This document shows, in pieces, positions 6,987 to 12,258 of a stretch of 12,258 nucleotides of DNA. The translations under genes were made by a program, and so were the position numbers. The stretch spans positions 1 to 12,258 of the forward strand of contig JAHQXB010000006.1 in the NCBI GenBank assembly GCA_029856435.1, read 5' to 3'. This stretch comes from Candidatus Jordarchaeia archaeon (lineage in GTDB: Archaea; Asgardarchaeota; Jordiarchaeia; Jordiarchaeales; Jordiarchaeaceae). Position 1 is the stretch's first letter. Every line of letters begins with the position of its first letter. The notes beneath the pieces were generated by a model. It did not search any database and was not told where the DNA came from. It worked only from the letters and a program-made list of their open reading frames with translations.

Positions 6987-7375
6987 AGAGTACCCCACTA
7001 ATCAATTGTTTAGATTCTGTTATTTACTTGTGCTTACGAGGACCTGAATTCTTCAAAATTTCTTGGAAACAGGAATTTTCTTTTTGCAATGAGACATATT
7101 CTGCGGTATAGACTAATTGTTACCTAGGTGGGAGAGTAGTGCGATTGGGTTATATGTTTTACTACGTTTTCCGGGTCAGCATTCAATTCTAGAAAAAAGA
7201 GTTACAACAAGAATAATTATTAGGAGCATATTTTTCTTATTTAGTTTCTGAAGGAAAAAATATTTGTACAAAAGCAAAATAACTAGAAAAACAAATACTA
7301 AATGAGTATAAGGATGTCAAAGCTTAATTTAATAAATTGCGATGTCGAAAAGGAAACAGTTTTTGAGGGAATAAA

Positions 7376-8734
7376 ATGTCTGCACATATTTTTAGAGCCT
7401 ATGACGTAAGGGCAGTCTTTAACAAAGAAATTGATGTAGAAAGTGTGGTTAGAATAGGGCTAGCTTTCGGAACATATCTGGGTGGAGAGGGCTTGGTGTT
7501 TACTGGAAGGGACATTAGAACCAGTTCACAAGTAGTGGAAAGTGCCGCAGCTTCGGGAATTTGTTCTACGGGCTGTGATGTTGTTTCACTAGGTTTACTC
7601 CCCATTCCAGTATTTAACTTCTATGTGTGGAAAAGTAAGCCTAAGGCGGGATTGATGGTTACCGCATCTCATAACCCTCCAGAATTTACAGGTTTACGCT
7701 TTAGACGCAGCGATGGAACAGGCTTCTCTGAAGAAAACAATAAAATCAAAGAAATATACGTTGAAGGCAAATTCATCAAAAAACCTTGGAACCAACTTGG
7801 TAAATTATTGAGTATAAATACAGAAGTGGTTATTTGGGAATACATCCGTTACCTGCTAGATAAAATTTCTTTAGAGAGAGAATTAAAGGTAATTCTTGAT
7901 CCTGGCACTGGAACAGCCTCTATGGTTGCGCCTCAACTCTTTCGGGAGGCGGGATGTAAAGTTTTAACAATAAATTCACAGATTGACGGAACCTTTCCGG
8001 GCAGAGACTCCTACCCCCGCGAAGGAACTATTGATGATTTACAAAAAATCACCGCAGAGTGGGGAGCGGATATGGGCGTGGCTTACGATGGAGATGCTGA
8101 CAGAGCGGTTTTTGTAGATGATAAGGGACGAGTAGTACGTCCCGAAGCTGCAGGGGTTCTTTTCATCAAGGATGCGCTTTCTAAGGAGAAGGGTAAAATA
8201 GTAGCTAACGTTTCAAGTTCTATGATTATACAGGAACAAGCTGAGGCTTTAGGGGGAGAAGTCATCTACGAGAGGGTAGGTGATGTTTTCATGACAGAAG
8301 CAATGAAAAGGCATAAAGCGATATTTGGGATTGAACCTTCAGGCCATTTTTATTCTAATCGCTTTTATCCATTCGACGATGGCATTCAATCCAGTCTACT
8401 TTTGGCAGAGATTATCTCTAAACAAGAAAAGGCCCTATCTAGACTTGTGGATGAAATTCCGAAATATCCTATGATTGAAGAAACAGTAAAATGTGCAGAT
8501 GAAAAAAAATTCAAAGTAGTGGAAGGCATCAAAGAAAAACTTGAAAGGAGGGGATACCAACTTAACCTGATGGATGGAGTGAGGGTAGACCAAAAGGAAG
8601 GCTGGTTTATAGTTAGACCCTCTAACACTCAACCATTAATCCGTGTTACTGTAGAGGCGAAAACGGAGTCAAAATTAAAAGAACTCAAAAGTGAGATATT
8701 AGCACTCTTAAAAATAGAGATGGAACAAAGTTAG
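7376..8734 (+). CDS. Phosphomannomutase/phosphoglucomutase (alpha-D-phosphohexomutase superfamily)
   Basis: IFRAYDVR N-terminus, GRD.R, phosphoserine loop TASHNP, metal loop DGDADR, sugar-binding GIEPSGH and C-terminal VRPSNTQP..RV. Substrate (PMM, PGM or GlmM) cannot be resolved by eye. Confidence 0.93.
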   Translation: MSAHIFRAYDVRAVFNKEIDVESVVRIGLAFGTYLGGEGLVFTGRDIRTSSQVVESAAASGICSTGCDVVSLGLLPIPVFNFYVWKSKPKAGLMVTASHNPPEFTGLRFRRSDGTGFSEENNKIKEIYVEGKFIKKPWNQLGKLLSINTEVVIWEYIRYLLDKISLERELKVILDPGTGTASMVAPQLFREAGCKVLTINSQIDGTFPGRDSYPREGTIDDLQKITAEWGADMGVAYDGDADRAVFVDDKGRVVRPEAAGVLFIKDALSKEKGKIVANVSSSMIIQEQAEALGGEVIYERVGDVFMTEAMKRHKAIFGIEPSGHFYSNRFYPFDDGIQSSLLLAEIISKQEKALSRLVDEIPKYPMIEETVKCADEKKFKVVEGIKEKLERRGYQLNLMDGVRVDQKEGWFIVRPSNTQPLIRVTVEAKTESKLKELKSEILALLKIEMEQS

Positions 8735-8894
8735 AATGCCCAAAAAAGTAGTGGGCAAAGTTTCTTGCCCAAAAATGGGGTGTGTAAAGTTTCTGGCGTA
8801 TCTTATTGGGAGAAATATTTTTGATTAGCTTTTGGTATCATTCTTGCTTCCCTAAATTCACCTATTTTTCCTCCTTTTGCCAAAAGAAACCATT

Positions 8895-9080
8895 TTATAT
8901 CTTCTTTAGAAGTGTGGCCAAAACCTCCGAAAGCAGAGCGCTAATAAAGTAAAAACATCCAAAACCAAGCAAAAACGCTTTTGCCCATTTTGGTGAAAAA
9001 TACTTCAACTTTCTGAGATAAAAAACTGTACCCGAATTTATTTCCAAATTTTTCAACCATTTCAATTGCTTGCTGCTCAT
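8895..9080 (-). CDS. Small hypothetical protein with one hydrophobic C-terminal helix, or a gene remnant
   Basis: 61-aa ATG-started ORF filling part of a 600-bp gap, with one TM-like stretch (AFLLGFGCFYFISALLSEVLATLL). No Shine-Dalgarno seen. Confidence 0.3.
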   Translation of the reverse strand: MSSKQLKWLKNLEINSGTVFYLRKLKYFSPKWAKAFLLGFGCFYFISALLSEVLATLLKKI

Positions 9081-9334
9081 TTAGGAGGGATAGATATTTA
9101 TCTTAGATGTGTGTTGATATGCGTTGTAGAAAATTTAGAAAACGAGCTACTCCACGAAAATGTTTCAAAACAAGCAGCACCTAGAACACATAAGTATGAC
9201 GGTAAACGATACTAGCTACAGATTGTCCCGAATAGTGGCTCATAATATTTCTGTTTTTATAGTAACTTTAAAATACTATAAGTTTAAAAAACGTAAAAGG
9301 AGTTGATTTGAAACCTAATGGGGTGTAAAAATAG

Positions 9335-9724
9335 ATGGAAGAAGCACTTGCCCACCACATTATAGGAGAGCTGTATTCGACTTCAGAAAACATCAATGAT
9401 CTAAAATTTATTAAGAAGGTTTTCATGGACGCGGTGAAAAAGGCGGGTCTAACAGTACTGACCTCTAAATTTCACAAGTTTAAACCTCATGGTGTTAGTG
9501 GATTCATTATGATCAGTGAATCTCACTTATCAATTCATACTTGGCCTGAAAGTGGATATGTGGCAATAGATGTCTTCACTTGTGGAAGTTTATCACAGTG
9601 TAGAGAAGCATATGAGTATATAGTGTCAATGTTTAAACCAGCGTACCACACAAAGACGGAAATTGCTAGGGGAAAGTTAAATCAGCCCAGAGACTCCGAG
9701 AAGGATTTAATTTATGAACGATGA
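9335..9724 (+). CDS. speD: S-adenosylmethionine decarboxylase proenzyme (short pyruvoyl-dependent prokaryotic type)
   Basis: H...ELY, FHKF.PHGVSG...ISESHLSIHTWPE.GY.A.DVFTCG with an intact E|SH self-cleavage site. GGGGTG Shine-Dalgarno; adjacent to two aminopropyltransferase genes. Confidence 0.92.
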   Translation: MEEALAHHIIGELYSTSENINDLKFIKKVFMDAVKKAGLTVLTSKFHKFKPHGVSGFIMISESHLSIHTWPESGYVAIDVFTCGSLSQCREAYEYIVSMFKPAYHTKTEIARGKLNQPRDSEKDLIYER

Positions 9725-10619
9725 AAATCTCACCATGTGGTTTGCTAATTGGCACACTGACAATATTCAGCATCTAGTAAAGGTTAAATCTATTTATTGC
9801 ACTAACTCAGAATTTCAACGAATTGAAGTTGTTGACTCCAAAGTTTATGGGAGACTGCTCATCCTTAATGGGGAAATCCAGCTATCCACCAAATTTAACT
9901 CCTATATCCACGAAAGCATGACTCATCCTGCCCTACTTTTACACCCCAACCCCAAAAACGTGCTTATAATAGGAGGGGGAGACGGAGGCTCTACCACAGA
10001 AGTAATAAAATATAATATAGAATCTGTTACTGTTGTAGAAATAGATGAAAAGGTTGTCCAAGTTGCTAGGGAATATTTCCCCAGCATTTCAGCCGGATTT
10101 TCAGATCCCCGGGTAGCAATAAAGTATCTAGATGGCAGAAATTTTGTAGAGAATTGTAGGCAAAAATTTGATGTGATAATCAATGATATTTCAGACCCAA
10201 GGGAATCAGCATGCACAGTTTTCACGAAGAGCTTCTTCGTTAAATTGTATAATTGCTTGAGAGAGGATGGACTATTTATTACACATGCTGAATCACCAGA
10301 CTCCTGCGAGGAGGTGTTTTATAGGGTTATAGCAACTCTGCGTAATGTTTTCCCCATAGTTAGACCCTTTAGAGTTTGGATTCCGCCCTACATAGATTTT
10401 TGGGGAAGAATAATCGCATCTAAAAAATATGACCCCTTAGAGTTTGACGCAGCCCAAATAGCGGAGCGCATTCGCGATAGAAATCTTTTGCTTGAATGGT
10501 TAACTCCGGACCTTTTTTATGCCATGTTTCGTTGCTTCTCCAAGGATGTTATCAACAAAATGAGTCAAGAATGGAGAATAATTACTGAGGAGGACTTCCC
10601 AATCTTTAAGAGACCTTAA
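9714..10619 (+). CDS. speE: Spermidine-synthase-family polyamine aminopropyltransferase (divergent)
   Basis: SEFQ.IEV, GRLL.L.G.IQ, HP.L..HPNPK.VLIIGGGDGG, VEID..VV, DG..FV, FDVII.DISDP and IP.Y...WG motifs. Overlaps speD by 11 nt. Confidence 0.9.
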   Translation: MNDENLTMWFANWHTDNIQHLVKVKSIYCTNSEFQRIEVVDSKVYGRLLILNGEIQLSTKFNSYIHESMTHPALLLHPNPKNVLIIGGGDGGSTTEVIKYNIESVTVVEIDEKVVQVAREYFPSISAGFSDPRVAIKYLDGRNFVENCRQKFDVIINDISDPRESACTVFTKSFFVKLYNCLREDGLFITHAESPDSCEEVFYRVIATLRNVFPIVRPFRVWIPPYIDFWGRIIASKKYDPLEFDAAQIAERIRDRNLLLEWLTPDLFYAMFRCFSKDVINKMSQEWRIITEEDFPIFKRP

Positions 10620-10634
10620 AATAAGTTTTAGGGG

Positions 10635-11807
10635 ATGACTACCATAACAAAACTTGAAATTAACAAAAACTTTCTAACCTTAATGGTAAAGGAATGCAAA
10701 AAGAAGAATCCGGGGGATCCTAACATTACCTCCTACGAAATTTCAAGACTAATATTTCAACTTAAGGAGGGTAAGATCCTAAGCAGTATAGTGTCCAGGA
10801 TGCAGGTAGCCTCAGTGATGGCAGTGTTAGGATATTTACACTATAAGGATTTGCTCACATATAATCACAACACGGGAGTGTTTAAGCTTAAGAAGGCACC
10901 AGTTTGGAGTTTGAAGTCTTTTACCCAGCTCCAATATCAAGTTTTAAGAGAAGCCCTCCCCAAAGATAGCTTGCTCAACCAAATTTTAGAGAAACGCAAT
11001 CTGGAGCTAATATCAGAGTATGCTCAGTTATTCATAAACCTAGAAACACTTCTCAGAAAATTTACTCTAATGCAGTCATACAACGATGTAGAGGGCAAAG
11101 ACATTATTTTTATCGGAGACGACGATTTGCTAAGCGTGTTTACCGCCCTGCTGGGAGAAGCCAATCGATTAACTGTTCTGGACGTAGACGAGAGAATCTT
11201 AGACTTAATCGAGAGATTATCAAAAGAAAACGATCTAAATATAGAAACTTTAAAACATGATTTAATGCATCCCCTACCTCCAACTCTACAAAATAAATTC
11301 GACACCTTTGTCACAGACTCCTCACACTGTTTAGGTGGAATAATGCTCTTTGTAAGCAGAGGAATATCTTCACTAAAAAAAGGAATTGAAACCGCAGGAT
11401 ACTTCAATTTCCAAACCGTCAACGAGGAGCCAATAATGAGCCTTCAAACAAGGAGGAAGATTTTCGAATACCTGATTAACACCATGAAAGTCGTAGTATC
11501 ATGCGCCATTCCCTCCTTTGTCAACTATATTATCCCAGTGGAGGAAAATAAGATGTTAACGGAAAAGCTCCTCGAAGCCCTAAGGGCTCCCAATTTCGAT
11601 CAGTTTAAACCTTTAAGCGCGTATAGGGATGCCTCAACCTTCATAGAGTTCTATCCCTACTTCACAATGGAACCAGTAACAATAGTGAGAATAAATTGTT
11701 TAGACTCAGAGCCCCTCATCAAAGGAGAATTTGATGAAGAATCCGAAAAGGAGCTTGGACCCATCTACTCATGGAAATATCTAAAGGAAAAGATAAGAAT
11801 CGACTAA
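10635..11807 (+). CDS. bpsA: Branched-chain polyamine synthase A (BpsA)-like aminopropyltransferase (divergent)
   Basis: Y.Q.....ET...R, IIFIGDDDLLS, VLDVDERI, HDL..PLP, FDTFVTD, LFVSRGISSLK and AGYF match the BpsA (TK1691-type) family. Starts 15 nt after the speE stop. Confidence 0.8.
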   Translation: MTTITKLEINKNFLTLMVKECKKKNPGDPNITSYEISRLIFQLKEGKILSSIVSRMQVASVMAVLGYLHYKDLLTYNHNTGVFKLKKAPVWSLKSFTQLQYQVLREALPKDSLLNQILEKRNLELISEYAQLFINLETLLRKFTLMQSYNDVEGKDIIFIGDDDLLSVFTALLGEANRLTVLDVDERILDLIERLSKENDLNIETLKHDLMHPLPPTLQNKFDTFVTDSSHCLGGIMLFVSRGISSLKKGIETAGYFNFQTVNEEPIMSLQTRRKIFEYLINTMKVVVSCAIPSFVNYIIPVEENKMLTEKLLEALRAPNFDQFKPLSAYRDASTFIEFYPYFTMEPVTIVRINCLDSEPLIKGEFDEESEKELGPIYSWKYLKEKIRID

Positions 11808-12013
11808 AATTCACCCTCAACAGGCGAGCGTACCCCTTTTTAAGTTTAGGCGATGCTAAATTTATTTAGAAGAGAGAAGATAAGAAAAAATGGTTAATTG
11901 TCAGAAATTTACAAATAATTATATCCTTTAAATGTTTAGCTAACAAGTAAATTTAAGTTAACTATATAAGTGAGTGGGGGAATAGTACTTAATAAAAAAG
12001 GAGGCTTCTTTGT

Positions 12014-12258
12014 TTGTTGAAAACTTTCCTGGATGGAATAAGTAAAAAAGCAACAAAAAGGGTTTACAGAGCTGGACTACTCGAATTTTTTGATTTTGTT
12101 TATGGTAGAATTAGAAGTGGTAGGAGAAGCACGAAACATGAATTTGAGGAGTACGATAAACTCTCAGAAAAGTATATCGAGGAAGTGAAGAATGGGAGAA
12201 ATTACATGGCGGACCTTGTTAACTTTGCTGGCTATCTTGGCACTAAACCGCCACTGAC
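12014..12258 (+). CDS. Probable tyrosine recombinase/integrase, N-terminal core-binding region (runs off the window)
   Basis: Open frame absent from the ORF track: TTG 12014 with GGAGG at 12000-12004. Translates as MLKTFLDGISKKATKRVYRAGLLEFFDFVYGRIRSGRRSTKHEFEEYDKLSEKYIEEVKNGRNYMADLVNFAGYLGTKPPLT. FL......T...Y...L..FF..VYG ... Y......Y..DL..F...L..KPP.T resembles archaeal site-specific integrase N-termini. The catalytic domain is not visible. Confidence 0.65.
   Translation, partial: MLKTFLDGISKKATKRVYRAGLLEFFDFVYGRIRSGRRSTKHEFEEYDKLSEKYIEEVKNGRNYMADLVNFAGYLGTKPPL

Noticed and set aside
6048-6988. ORFs 6048-6260(+), 6077-6280(-) and 6767-6988(+)
   Set aside because: Short, lack an RBS, and overlap better-supported genes or the palindrome-rich spacer.
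6999-7375. 377-bp intergenic region as a possible tRNA, ncRNA or CRISPR locus
   Set aside because: No cloverleaf, T-loop consensus, regular repeats or convincing stem was seen; consistent with divergent promoters. A covariance-model scan would be needed to exclude an ncRNA.
7399-11422. Minus-strand ORFs inside the phosphohexomutase, speE and bpsA genes
   Set aside because: Antisense shadows of genes with clear family motifs.
421-11963. TTAAGTTAAC at 421-430 and 11954-11963 as attL/attR
   Set aside because: AT-rich 10-mer in promoter-like DNA. The integrase would fall outside the bracketed segment, which contains housekeeping-type genes.

Overview
AT-rich archaeal chromosomal window. The evidence for archaeal origin is GGAGG/GGTG Shine-Dalgarno motifs, TTTAA-type TATA boxes, a PDCD5-like gene and an archaeal PhoU-type gene. 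A roadblock/longin-like + winged-helix protein and a BpsA-like enzyme suggest, by inference, a thermophilic Asgard- or TACK-related lineage. Left to right: a GC-richer hypothetical gene; a LysE-family exporter; an HD phosphohydrolase; a Nudix hydrolase; a PDCD5-like protein; a truncated, degenerate PhoU-like protein; a 108-bp MITE-like element with a 9-bp target-site duplication; three apparently related coiled-coil genes next to the roadblock-like/wHTH gene; a phosphohexomutase; a three-gene polyamine operon (AdoMetDC, divergent SpeE-like, divergent BpsA-like); and the 5' part of a probable tyrosine integrase not shown in the ORF track. The best candidates for new biology are the coiled-coil trio plus roadblock-like module, the polyamine operon with two altered aminopropyltransferase active sites, and the MITE. 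All family calls come from motif recognition by eye; no database searches were run.
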